In this document: in pieces, positions 36,725-45,994 of the stretch
Position numbering within the stretch: the stretch's first letter is position 1
Layout of the letters: each line of letters starts with the position of its first letter
Virus record (IMG/VR): IMGVR_UViG_3300037151_000077
Span: 1 to 52,233 of that record
DNA length: 52,233 nt
Origin: a virus
Lineage: Duplodnaviria; Caudoviricetes
Strand: one strand, 5' to 3'
The notes under the pieces: generated by a model
What the model saw: the letters and a program-made list of their open reading frames with translations, nothing else
Databases searched by the model: none
What the model was told of the DNA's origin: nothing
Made by a program: the position numbers and the translations under genes

Positions 36725-39397
36725 ATGGGTCAGCCAACTTTTGTCCAGAAAATCGACGCTTCAAACGCGAACGCGAGTTCATTGACTCTCACTCCGTCCG
36801 CGGCCACAACCGCTGGCAACCTGTTGCTGGTCGGCATTCTGCTGAATGCGAACGGCGCCCAGACTCCAGCCGCGGTGGCGGGAATCATCGATTCGGCGGG
36901 CACTCCCGTGGTCGCCGGCATCTCGACCGGAGTCCCGGTCAATACCTGGACGCCTCTCGCGAGCAATTCCGACGACGGCGTTTTTCTCCAGTGGTGGATC
37001 TGTAAGGGGGCAGTCTCGATCACGGATCTCGTGATCAGCCTGACTTATCCGCAGTCGATCATCGCCTTCGCGATGGAATACAACTCGGCGAACGGGATCA
37101 CGAACCCGATCTTTCAGACGCTTTTGTCGAATCAGAACACGATCACAACCGAGTACATCAAGGAGACGGCATCGACTTTCCCGAACTCCGGGGCCCAGCT
37201 GATGATTGGCCTCTTCGCGATGCTCGGCGACACCTTCAACGCGACGCCGCTCGAGGGAACCAACCGCGCAACCAATGATCTGAACATCCCTCCCGCTCTT
37301 TCCTACCAGGTGCTCGAGAACGGAACGGTCGACGAGACTGGCCTGTTGAACTTAACCGCGGTGAGCGCAACCCAGCTCGCGACCGTGGCCAACGTCGGGA
37401 CGAGCACGATGCAGTGCTTTTATCTTTTGATCTCTGGCGGCCTGGTGCTGAATACGCCTCCCGGCTTGTCGGATCAACCGGACGCATCGCTGACAGTCGG
37501 CGAGTTCGCGCTTGGCATTCAGCTGGCAAAGATTTCAGGCAACGCCGCTCTCGGCATGACGAGGATGGAGTTCTTTCAAGGCGTGTACACGAACGGCGAG
37601 ACGGTTGACCTTCCGGTTTCACCGGTCGATGGCTACGAGTACCAGCAGAACGAGCTCACCTACGTCTGGGGAATCTATTCGACCTGCAATACCGGCAATG
37701 GGTGGATTACCGGGCCGCAGGCTCTTTGGTATGCCCAATGGGGCGTCGACCAGGAGACGGGCCTTGTCTCGAGCGAAGAGTGGTATCGCGCGGATGGCGC
37801 GGCCGGCATCTCGAACGACGGCTATCTCCAGGTCTTCACCATCGCGCAGCGCCAGCAGCAGACGCTGCAGCTGGCGGAGATTCCGACCTACACCGATCTT
37901 CCTGCGGCCATCTTCAAGACCGATCTGGCTTACTCCGAAGATCTGATGATCGACCTGAACAACAATTCAAAGTTCACGGTGGTCGGGCAAGAGTGCATCT
38001 CGATGGGAGAGTTCTACAACGGTCAAACCGTTCCGACGCCGGTCTCGCCCGCGGACGATTACGCCTATTCCTACGGGGAAGTGACGTTCATCTTTTCCTG
38101 GCGCTGGACGACGGGGCAGCTGGGGTATGTCCAGCTCGCATGCCCGCCGTACTATACCCTGGCTTCGCTCAACGCCGCGATCAGCTCAAGTGGCGTGGTG
38201 ACGTGCGCCGTCGGCATGATGGGCGATGGCGGCGAAAACTACACGTCTTACAACGCCCTCGGCCGAATCGCGGTCTTTGCACTCTGCCAGCGTCAACCGC
38301 GCTGGTCGGTGCCATGGAACGCCGCGCCGTGGGACAACGTCGGAGGCAAGAACGCATCGTTCATCATCGGCTCGGGTTTGACCGCGAACAATCCGGACGC
38401 TGGCGGTTACGGCGGTCCCTACTCTCCTGCAGGCCTCCAGATTGGCGGGCCGACCATCATCAAAGTCACAGCGGGACAGACTTACATCTTGAGTTACGTC
38501 GGGGGAACGATCCCGGTTCATAACTCCTACGGAACTTTGATCGGACCGCTTGGTGAGGTTGGAACGACAGAAGCCGGCGTGACTCCTTCTCCAGGCTCTT
38601 ATGTCTCCGGTGGACCGAACACCTCGCAGTCGTGCATCGGATGCTACACCGACGCTCTGGGGAACATCGTGGGATCTCCGTTTGTTGTGGGAACCGCTCC
38701 GCTCTCTTTGACGATCCCATCCGGCGCGACCCAGATCCAGCTCGGCAACAACGACTCCTATGGTTCCTGGCCGATCACTCCGACTTACGCGAATTACAAC
38801 CAGGGCGCGTGGCAGTTCCTCATCAACCGCTACGTCCCGGTCGTAGGGAACAAGTTCGCCGAGATCGACAACTCTCTGTTCTATCCCGGTGAAGCGATTC
38901 CCGCCGGCATCGCCGCACAGATCAATCAAAACATCCTGGAGGCCTCGCTCTCGCCGGAGTTCTTTGGACCGACACTCTACGCTCCGGGCGCCACGATCCC
39001 GACGCCAGTCTCTCCTCTCGACGGCTATGCGTATTCGAGAGCGGAGCTGACCTACATCTGGGAGTGGGCTGAGATGACGCCCGGCGGCTGGCCACCGAAT
39101 AGTGGCTCCAACAATCGCACAGCCATGTTCGCGGCGAACATCAACCAATCGACCGGCGTAATTACGAACACGGTGGTCAGCGGCGAAACCTCCTATGTCA
39201 TCTGGAGGCTCGAGCCCGGTGGACCGTACCAGGCGGAGACGACAAACGGGAAAATCTCGGTCACCGTCGTCGGCTTCCGCGCCGCGCAGCAGACCGCGAT
39301 CACGACGCCGGCAACAGTGAACACACCGCCGAGCGATACCGGTTCCGCGATCACCGATCAGCCGACTCAGACGCAAGTCTTCATCAATGGTGTCTAG
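36725..39397 (+). CDS. Large minor tail protein with three internal repeats
   Basis: Three copies of G.T...PVSP.D.Y.Y...E.T...W. Confidence 0.8.
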   Translation: MGQPTFVQKIDASNANASSLTLTPSAATTAGNLLLVGILLNANGAQTPAAVAGIIDSAGTPVVAGISTGVPVNTWTPLASNSDDGVFLQWWICKGAVSITDLVISLTYPQSIIAFAMEYNSANGITNPIFQTLLSNQNTITTEYIKETASTFPNSGAQLMIGLFAMLGDTFNATPLEGTNRATNDLNIPPALSYQVLENGTVDETGLLNLTAVSATQLATVANVGTSTMQCFYLLISGGLVLNTPPGLSDQPDASLTVGEFALGIQLAKISGNAALGMTRMEFFQGVYTNGETVDLPVSPVDGYEYQQNELTYVWGIYSTCNTGNGWITGPQALWYAQWGVDQETGLVSSEEWYRADGAAGISNDGYLQVFTIAQRQQQTLQLAEIPTYTDLPAAIFKTDLAYSEDLMIDLNNNSKFTVVGQECISMGEFYNGQTVPTPVSPADDYAYSYGEVTFIFSWRWTTGQLGYVQLACPPYYTLASLNAAISSSGVVTCAVGMMGDGGENYTSYNALGRIAVFALCQRQPRWSVPWNAAPWDNVGGKNASFIIGSGLTANNPDAGGYGGPYSPAGLQIGGPTIIKVTAGQTYILSYVGGTIPVHNSYGTLIGPLGEVGTTEAGVTPSPGSYVSGGPNTSQSCIGCYTDALGNIVGSPFVVGTAPLSLTIPSGATQIQLGNNDSYGSWPITPTYANYNQGAWQFLINRYVPVVGNKFAEIDNSLFYPGEAIPAGIAAQINQNILEASLSPEFFGPTLYAPGATIPTPVSPLDGYAYSRAELTYIWEWAEMTPGGWPPNSGSNNRTAMFAANINQSTGVITNTVVSGETSYVIWRLEPGGPYQAETTNGKISVTVVGFRAAQQTAITTPATVNTPPSDTGSAITDQPTQTQVFINGV

Positions 39398-39439
39398 ATC
39401 TGGTGTGTAGCTCTGGCGCCTAGATCTGGTGTGTAAATA
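39388..39439. repeat. 4 x 13-bp degenerate tandem repeat
   Basis: TGGTGTCTAGATC TGGTGTGTAGCTC TGGCGCCTAGATC TGGTGTGTAAATA. Confidence 0.8.
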
Positions 39440-39441
39440 AA

Positions 39442-40257
39442 ATGTCAACCCAACCTCTGAACCTCAATTCGACGACGCCGGCGGCTCCTTCTGGATCCGT
39501 GAATCTACCATTCGCCGCGGATGCTCCGAATGCCGATCTCGCCATCGTGCGGAACGTCTCGATCTCGGCACCGGTGATGACGAATCTCATCGGAGGCCTG
39601 GTGCCGGCGCCTCCGAATCTTGCAACGGAGTATCTGGATGGGACGGGACATTTCTCGACGCCGGCGGGTGGCGGCGGCGGTGGCGGCTCTGCGATCGGGG
39701 GCAACGTCTGCGACCTTCCTTGGATCGGAACTCCCGGCTCGCCGAATACGTCATCGTTCAATATCAATGGGTACGCCTTCTGCCAGTTCATCGGCGGCAA
39801 CGCGATTCTCAATCCGTCTCTCAGTTGGACGATATCTTTCGACTACGCTGGCACGGGGGCTCAGGCGTTCATCGAGTTCACCTTGCTGCGGACGCTCAAG
39901 GGAAGCCTGGCGGTGACGGACGTGACGCGTATCACCTTCGCCTCGAGCGCCACTCCCACCTTCTCATCGCCCGGAGTGCAGACCTCGGACACGATGACGG
40001 TCACGATCGATGCCCTGCATGACTACTACTTCATCGTGAACGGCGGCTATACCGGGGTCACCAACGACATAGTCTCGAACAGCTACGGCGGCGGGAACCT
40101 GCCGACGATGCAGGGGTTCAATACGAACGTCGGCGGCGGAACCGCACTGGCCACGTCTTGGGCGAGCTTCATCGGCGGAGGCTCCGGTTCGTGGAGCGCA
40201 GCATGCCCGCTCGGGACTTCGCAGTTCTGGCTGTCGGACTGGATTAGAGAAAGTTAG
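39442..40257 (+). CDS. Tail fibre/receptor-binding-like protein
   Basis: GGLVPAPP...YLDGTGHF..PAGGGGGGG linker, then a beta-rich domain. Confidence 0.7.
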   Translation: MSTQPLNLNSTTPAAPSGSVNLPFAADAPNADLAIVRNVSISAPVMTNLIGGLVPAPPNLATEYLDGTGHFSTPAGGGGGGGSAIGGNVCDLPWIGTPGSPNTSSFNINGYAFCQFIGGNAILNPSLSWTISFDYAGTGAQAFIEFTLLRTLKGSLAVTDVTRITFASSATPTFSSPGVQTSDTMTVTIDALHDYYFIVNGGYTGVTNDIVSNSYGGGNLPTMQGFNTNVGGGTALATSWASFIGGGSGSWSAACPLGTSQFWLSDWIRES

Positions 40258-40263
40258 TTCACC

Positions 40264-41751
40264 GTGCGGATCCTCATCGCCATCACCAGCTGTCACAATT
40301 TCCGCGATCGCGCGGACGCCGTGCGCCAGACCTGGGCCTCGGAAGTCGAAGGCGCCGACGTGCGTTATTTTCTCGGCCGAAGCGAAACGCCGGTGAAGTC
40401 GCAGTCGCATCCGGACGAGATCATTCTCGACTGCCCCGATGGCTATCACTATCTCTCGCAGAAAACGCAGCTCATCCGGCGCTGGGCCCTCGAGAACGGC
40501 TACGACTATCTCTGGAAAGTCGACGACGACACGTACGTACGCCCGGAGCGATTGCTTGCTGACTTTCAGAACCTCGATTATGTGGGGAGACTTCGCGGAT
40601 GCTCGGGAAGTTATCCCGGTCCCTACTGCAGCGGATTCACTTATGGCTTAAGCCGCAAGTCGCTGGAGCTGCTGGCACCGATCGAGTGGGGAGCAAGTGA
40701 CGATTTTTCGGAGGACCGCTGGACCGCAAACAAGCTGCTCTCGCTCGGCATCAGCCCGCACAATGAGCCGCGATTCGTAGTGCAGTCCTCGAAGGCCTGC
40801 GCCATCAGCGGCAGGGAAGCGCCGTTGGTTGGTAACGCTGTCATCGCATCTTGCGAGTATTCGCCGAAGGAGATGCGGCGGGTGCATGCGGAGTTCAAAT
40901 CCGGAAAACGATCGGCCCAGGGCGAATATCACAAACCAGCGGGATCTCTCTCGCGCGTGGCGGTGATGGTCAAGACTTTTCTCCGCGACGGTTATCTCAT
41001 GGCCTGTCTCGATGGCCTGGAAAAGAATTTCGCGGACACCAAGATCGTCGTCGTGGACGATGGTTGGGAGACCGGGGTTACATCGACCTTCAACAAAATC
41101 TCACGCGCAGCGGACATGCGGCGCAAGGGCCATGCCTGGATCAATATCCCCTTCGACTCCGGCTTCGGCGCCAAGGCGAACGTGGCGATCGGACATTGCG
41201 ATTCGGAATATGTGCTGATAGCGTCCGATGATTTTGATTTTGCGGATCCCGCGGTTCGCGCCGGCGTGGAGTCGATGCAAAGAGTTCTGGACGCTGTGCC
41301 GTCGCTTGCTCTGGTCAGCGGGCGCGTTGATCGCAATCTCTATGAGTTCTGTTGGGAAGCCGGCGAGAAGAGCCTGCGCGAAATCCCCAGATACCACGGC
41401 TCGGGCGAAGTGGACGGCACGAAGTATCACCTGTGCGATTTGACCGTGAACTATTCCCTCATCCGGACGAAAGTCTTTCAGCCGCAGCACGGGGGGATCC
41501 GCTGGGATGGCGGTAACGTCAAGATCGGCGGTGGAGAACACTCGGCATTCTTCATCGACCTGCAGCGCTCGTATTGGGGCGTCGCTTATGTGGAAGGCGC
41601 TAACATCAATCAGCTGCCCCGCAATTTTCAGTGGATGCACAAGAGCTACCCGACGATGCGGGCGCGCGCGCGAACTCCCGGAAGACCGTGCCTGAAAGCA
41701 CGCGGGATCGATCTTTACATTTTGGCGGATGGGACGGCGGAGGTATCGTGA
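40264..41751 (+). CDS. Two-domain glycosyltransferase (GT31/Fringe-like plus GT2/GT12-like)
   Basis: RQTW, WKVDDDTYV, YCSG..YGLSR, SEDRW; then VKTFLR, IVVVDDG, YVLIASDDF. Confidence 0.85.
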   Translation: MRILIAITSCHNFRDRADAVRQTWASEVEGADVRYFLGRSETPVKSQSHPDEIILDCPDGYHYLSQKTQLIRRWALENGYDYLWKVDDDTYVRPERLLADFQNLDYVGRLRGCSGSYPGPYCSGFTYGLSRKSLELLAPIEWGASDDFSEDRWTANKLLSLGISPHNEPRFVVQSSKACAISGREAPLVGNAVIASCEYSPKEMRRVHAEFKSGKRSAQGEYHKPAGSLSRVAVMVKTFLRDGYLMACLDGLEKNFADTKIVVVDDGWETGVTSTFNKISRAADMRRKGHAWINIPFDSGFGAKANVAIGHCDSEYVLIASDDFDFADPAVRAGVESMQRVLDAVPSLALVSGRVDRNLYEFCWEAGEKSLREIPRYHGSGEVDGTKYHLCDLTVNYSLIRTKVFQPQHGGIRWDGGNVKIGGGEHSAFFIDLQRSYWGVAYVEGANINQLPRNFQWMHKSYPTMRARARTPGRPCLKARGIDLYILADGTAEVS

Positions 41752-41975
41752 AGCTGGTTCCGGAGTCTGGCCTGGCGATCTTTTTCTCGGCTTATCCATC
41801 GCCCAATAAAGACCTCGGCGCAATTGAAGGAACAGAAATGCTTCTTTCCGGTCGACCTGCTGGAATCGAACCGTTCAATCGTAAAGGGACACTCGCCAGC
41901 CATCCAAAGACCATCCGGCCAGTGAATGTCAGCCTCCAACGGATGAGAGCAGATGTCGCAGGTGAAGTGCCGCAC
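41715..41975 (-). CDS. Small putative Zn-finger protein
   Basis: FTCDIC...KHFCSFNC. Confidence 0.55.
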   Translation of the reverse strand: MRHFTCDICSHPLEADIHWPDGLWMAGECPFTIERFDSSRSTGKKHFCSFNCAEVFIGRWISREKDRQARLRNQLHDTSAVPSAKM

Positions 41976-41989
41976 TCTCGGACTCTAGC

Positions 41990-42625
41990 ATGAAAATTTT
42001 GATCGCAGTAGTCCAATGCACCCGTGACCTCTGGCGGATCCCCGCACACCGGGAGATGCTCGCCGGCCATGGCGCTGACGTGCGATTCTTTTACGGCAAT
42101 CAGAAGGCGGGCGCGCTCGATGTGGTCCGAAGCGACGAGATCGAGCTCGAAACGGATGATGCCTATTACGCACTGACCAAGAAAGTCTGCGGCATCTTCG
42201 AATGGGCTCTCCAGCGCGGCTACGATTTCGTTTTCAAGGTAGATTCCGATACCTGGCTCGACGTCCCAAAGCTTCTGACAGCGGGCTTCGAAGCGCATGA
42301 TTGGGTCGGTTTAATGGGGGACAAAGGGGCGAGCGGCGGAGTAGGACACTGCACTTCGGGCGGCGTGGGAATCTGGTTGAGCCGTCACGCCATGGAAACT
42401 TTTCTCCGTCACTATCCAACAATGCCGGGCGGGAAGATGCACTACTTCGATGACTGGGCATTGTCGCTGACGTTAGCGGATGCGGGGCTCAAGCCCGTGA
42501 ATTCCGATCTATTGTGGAACTTCGATCTCGGGCCGGCAGACAAGGAAACTCTTATAAGCTGGCACGGATGGACGCCGGACGCGGCCCATGTTGAGCAGCG
42601 CGGCGGCGGGGAGTGGGGAAAATGA
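41990..42625 (+). CDS. GT31/Fringe-like glycosyltransferase
   Basis: DAYYALTKK, FKVDSDTWL, SGGVGIWLSR. Confidence 0.8.
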   Translation: MKILIAVVQCTRDLWRIPAHREMLAGHGADVRFFYGNQKAGALDVVRSDEIELETDDAYYALTKKVCGIFEWALQRGYDFVFKVDSDTWLDVPKLLTAGFEAHDWVGLMGDKGASGGVGHCTSGGVGIWLSRHAMETFLRHYPTMPGGKMHYFDDWALSLTLADAGLKPVNSDLLWNFDLGPADKETLISWHGWTPDAAHVEQRGGGEWGK

Positions 42626-42918
42626 TCAAGGGGTTGATCTACCATCGGCGCTGGTTCGTTCCGAATTTCGTGGCCGCGCGCTTGTTCGATTACGCTGCCC
42701 ATGATCGGCTTCCGTTATGGCAGTTGTTCTTTGCGCCCAGGAGCTTCCGGAGCTTCGCAAAGGGTCTGTGGTGGAATTGCTCTACGTGGACGCTCGACAG
42801 ACTCCCTTGGTTCGCACGCAAGCATGCCATTAACGCGCTCGTCGGCCGAGAACTGCTCAGAGACTTCAGGGCGCTTAATCACGATCACCCGAATTTCGAT
42901 CTGTGCATCAAGTGGTAA
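42622..42918 (+). CDS. Hypothetical protein
   Basis: ATGA coupling; Trp/Phe/Arg-rich. Confidence 0.45.
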   Translation: MIKGLIYHRRWFVPNFVAARLFDYAAHDRLPLWQLFFAPRSFRSFAKGLWWNCSTWTLDRLPWFARKHAINALVGRELLRDFRALNHDHPNFDLCIKW

Positions 42919-42922
42919 AGCC

Positions 42923-43540
42923 ATGGAAACTTCAGAACTAATTCGCAGGGCGCTCGATCTCGGAGCCGTGCAAGTCCCGGAAGAAATATCCGCGCTCGTC
43001 GACCTTCTCAAAAAGCATCAGCCGCGGAACATTCTGGAGATCGGATCCGAGTCCGGAGGAACGTTCTATCTCTGGTGCCAGTTGGCGAAGATTGGCGGGC
43101 TAAAGATTTCGCTCGATCTACCGAGCGGCGATTCGGGGAGCGGCACCTATCGTGATCCAGTCGCACTCGCCGAGCGTACCGCACAGTTCAAGGGATGGTC
43201 GGCCAACGTCCGCGTCGTCACGGGAGATTCGCATGCGCTTGAAACGTGGCGGGAAGTGAACAAATTCCTAGGTCCGCATGCACCCACGCTCGATTTCCTT
43301 TTCATCGACGGAGACCACTCCTATGAAGGCGTGAAGAAAGATTTCGAAGACTATCGCTGCTTTGTGCGACCAGGTGGATTGATCGCGTTCCATGACATCG
43401 TGGACAGCGAGTTTCACCGGAAGCGTGGATGCCAGGTGGCTAAGTTCTGGGAAGAACTGCGGCGCCAACCCGTAACTTTTCCCGCTCAGGAATTCGATCA
43501 TGGGTTGGAATGGGGCGGGATCGGCGTGGTCACCGTTTAG
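42923..43540 (+). CDS. Class I SAM-dependent methyltransferase (Methyltransf_24-like)
   Basis: ILEIGSESGGT, GDSH, DFLFIDGDHSYEGVKKDF, RPGGLIAFHD. Confidence 0.9.
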   Translation: METSELIRRALDLGAVQVPEEISALVDLLKKHQPRNILEIGSESGGTFYLWCQLAKIGGLKISLDLPSGDSGSGTYRDPVALAERTAQFKGWSANVRVVTGDSHALETWREVNKFLGPHAPTLDFLFIDGDHSYEGVKKDFEDYRCFVRPGGLIAFHDIVDSEFHRKRGCQVAKFWEELRRQPVTFPAQEFDHGLEWGGIGVVTV

Positions 43541-43773
43541 GTAGCGGAGCGCGCCCATCATACAAATTTCCAGACAGGCGTGGCAAACGGGGTACGGTCC
43601 GTACCGCGCCGAGGGCGGAGCGTCATCCGGCAGCCAGAAACCTTCGCCGCAATCGATGCAGACTTTCCACACACACGGCGCCGGCTCGCTGGTGAACGCG
43701 GTCTGAACGAGCGGCGGCAATCGAAGAAAAACTCGAATCCTGTTCCGCAACCAAAACACACCCGAACTCTAAC

Positions 43774-44037
43774 ATGACCCTCTTCACCAGAATTGCTCTT
43801 CTCGAATTCTTTTCTGCTCTGCTCATCGTCGCAGCGACCAGAGCCTATGTCCTGGGGAACTACCGGGCGACGGCCGTTGTCGAGGTTGCATTCATCACGC
43901 AATGGTTCTACGCGCGCGGGATCTCTTTCGATGATGCGGGATCGAGAAGCTGGAAGCTTGGATATCCGGCCTATCTCCTCGGCGCCGTGGCTGGCACGCT
44001 GATCGGGCTTTTCCTCTCGAAACGGTTCACCTCATGA
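43774..44037 (+). CDS. Small multi-pass membrane protein
   Basis: Three hydrophobic segments; YLLGAVAGTLIG. Confidence 0.7.
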   Translation: MTLFTRIALLEFFSALLIVAATRAYVLGNYRATAVVEVAFITQWFYARGISFDDAGSRSWKLGYPAYLLGAVAGTLIGLFLSKRFTS

Positions 44038-44810
44038 AAGCACTGATCGCAATCTCTTCGTGCGGCGACTTCGAAGCGAACGGGAACAACCAGGCTATGA
44101 GGGATACCTGGCTTAAAGATGTAAATATATTTACAAATCTCGACTACAAGTTCTTTTTCGGAGTAGGCCAGAACGCTCCCCAGCTCGAGGACTCAGTCCT
44201 CTTGCCCGACGTCGACGATGGCTACGGATCCCTCACCTACAAAACGAGGGCGTCGCTGCGCTGGGCGCATGAACGCGGATACACGCATGTCTTCCGCTGC
44301 TTTCCAGATACGTTTGTCAGCGTCGATCGGCTGATGGCCTGCCATCCTCACGAATTCGATTTCTATGGCGACTTCAGAAGCGAAGAAGGCGGACGCCCCG
44401 ATGGTGGAACGGGGAAGCAGATGCCCACTCTTCAGGAAGCTCAGAACTATGCATCCGGTGGCGCAGGGTACTGGTTGAGCCGCAGAGCTTTTGAATACCT
44501 GCTCGATGCTCCAATCCTCGGAGTCTGGCGAGATGAGCTGATGACCTACGTCGAGGATCTGTGGGTTGGAAACATCTTGGGAAAATGCGGGACGGTGCTG
44601 CGCTACTTCGATGACACAAGATTCTGTAACCATGGCTCCCGTATGTGGCCGAACCTGCGAAATGACCAGATCACCGCGCACCTGTCCTGCCCGGAGCGCT
44701 TCGACAAAGCCTTCATGTATGCGGCCCACGCGGCGTTCAGCATGAAGCTCACCATGGAAGAAGTCGAGCGGCTCAGGATCAGCTTCCTTCGAGACATCCC
44801 GAAATCTTAA
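44034..44810 (+). CDS. GT31/Fringe-like glycosyltransferase, variant DxD
   Basis: MRDTW, DDGYGSLTYKT, FRCFPDTFV, YASGGAGYWLSR, EDLWVG. Confidence 0.8.
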   Translation: MKALIAISSCGDFEANGNNQAMRDTWLKDVNIFTNLDYKFFFGVGQNAPQLEDSVLLPDVDDGYGSLTYKTRASLRWAHERGYTHVFRCFPDTFVSVDRLMACHPHEFDFYGDFRSEEGGRPDGGTGKQMPTLQEAQNYASGGAGYWLSRRAFEYLLDAPILGVWRDELMTYVEDLWVGNILGKCGTVLRYFDDTRFCNHGSRMWPNLRNDQITAHLSCPERFDKAFMYAAHAAFSMKLTMEEVERLRISFLRDIPKS

Positions 44811-44911
44811 CAATTTATTAAGTTCGCGGACCCTGGGCTGTTCGGGCTTGGTCGCCTTCCCAGTTCCGGGGTTTCGTGATTCACCCCTGCACACCCGAGG
44901 CAAATCCCAAA

Positions 44912-45355
44912 ATGAATATTCCTTACGACGACAACGACCTCCAGAGCCTCGCCCTGTGCGCGTGGAAAGAAGCCCGCGGCGAAGGCTCCGATGGAATGCG
45001 AGGGGTCATGCACGTCATTTTGCATCGCGCCATCAAGTGGTATGGCGATCATGCGGAGAGCGTTCACACCGCGGTGTACGCAAAGAACCAGTTCACCTCG
45101 ATGTCGGTGCCAAGCGATCCCGAATTCAACCTGCAGCCGAAAGATGGCGACGCTCAGTTCGCCTACTGCGCGCAGCTCGCTCCCACAATCTTGAATGAAC
45201 AAGATGAGGACATTACGCACGGCGCGCTCTATTACGGCGACCTGAAGTACTGCACGTCGGGCTGGTTCTCCGAAAACATCTCCGGACCTGATGGACAAGG
45301 GACGCCGGCCCATCCGCTGAAGGCCTCGATCGGGCGCCAGGTGTTTTTCGGATAA
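44912..45355 (+). CDS. Endolysin, SleB/Hydrolase_2 family
   Basis: LALCAWKEARGEG..GM..V..VI.HR, NQFTS, DITHGALYY. Confidence 0.85.
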   Translation: MNIPYDDNDLQSLALCAWKEARGEGSDGMRGVMHVILHRAIKWYGDHAESVHTAVYAKNQFTSMSVPSDPEFNLQPKDGDAQFAYCAQLAPTILNEQDEDITHGALYYGDLKYCTSGWFSENISGPDGQGTPAHPLKASIGRQVFFG

Positions 45356-45367
45356 AGCGTTTTTCGG

Positions 45368-45571
45368 CTAGCTCAGTCTCGGGCGCTCATCTCGACGATC
45401 GGCGCGTGGCGGAATTTTCGCGGCCACTGGCGACCCAGCGGCCGCCAACTGTTTATCCATCTTCTCGACCATCGAGATGAGCCAGGCCAGATCTTTCAGC
45501 GTGGCGCCGTACTGGGCCTTGCGACGAATGTCGGCGAAGCGGGTTGCGTCCGTTTTGTTCATGGCTTCCAT
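45368..45571 (-). CDS. Hypothetical protein
   Basis: Small antisense ORF filling the gap. Confidence 0.45.
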   Translation of the reverse strand: MEAMNKTDATRFADIRRKAQYGATLKDLAWLISMVEKMDKQLAAAGSPVAAKIPPRADRRDERPRLS

Positions 45572-45631
45572 GGCCTGAGATTTTTACACCGCGAGCGGAA
45601 AACTGACAACTGCAAAAGGAGAAATCAAAAT

Positions 45632-45931
45632 ATGAATCCAAACACCAGTCCGAACTTTGCCCTGCGCCTCTGGTGCGGGCTGCGCGACTTTGTCCTGCCC
45701 ATCTGGCGCAGTCTTCCAATTTACGTACAGACCGGAATCGTGATTTTCGCCTCGGCCGCCGGCACTTTTCTCGGAGGCTGGCTCTGGGACGGGCCTTCCT
45801 GCTGGACGTGGCTCTGTCTCAAGCACACCCTCGGCGCAGCGTGTGCGGCCGGAATCGCCGCGGAACGGACCTTCAAGATGAGGCCTGGATGTGGACCTCA
45901 CGCCGATGAGACGCCCTATACGGGTTCCTGA
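45632..45931 (+). CDS. Membrane protein, holin candidate
   Basis: AAGGAG RBS, hydrophobic segments, near the endolysin. Confidence 0.55.
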   Translation: MNPNTSPNFALRLWCGLRDFVLPIWRSLPIYVQTGIVIFASAAGTFLGGWLWDGPSCWTWLCLKHTLGAACAAGIAAERTFKMRPGCGPHADETPYTGS

Positions 45932-45994
45932 CTAAGCTTAACGACCCTTCCACAATCAACCCCGCCATCGCGCGATGGCAGAAAAGAGCAATTC

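Noticed and set aside
38186-39448. 420-aa antisense ORF (and similar ones at 35312-36259, 21079-22092, 16931-17971)
   Set aside because: Shadows of clear structural genes.
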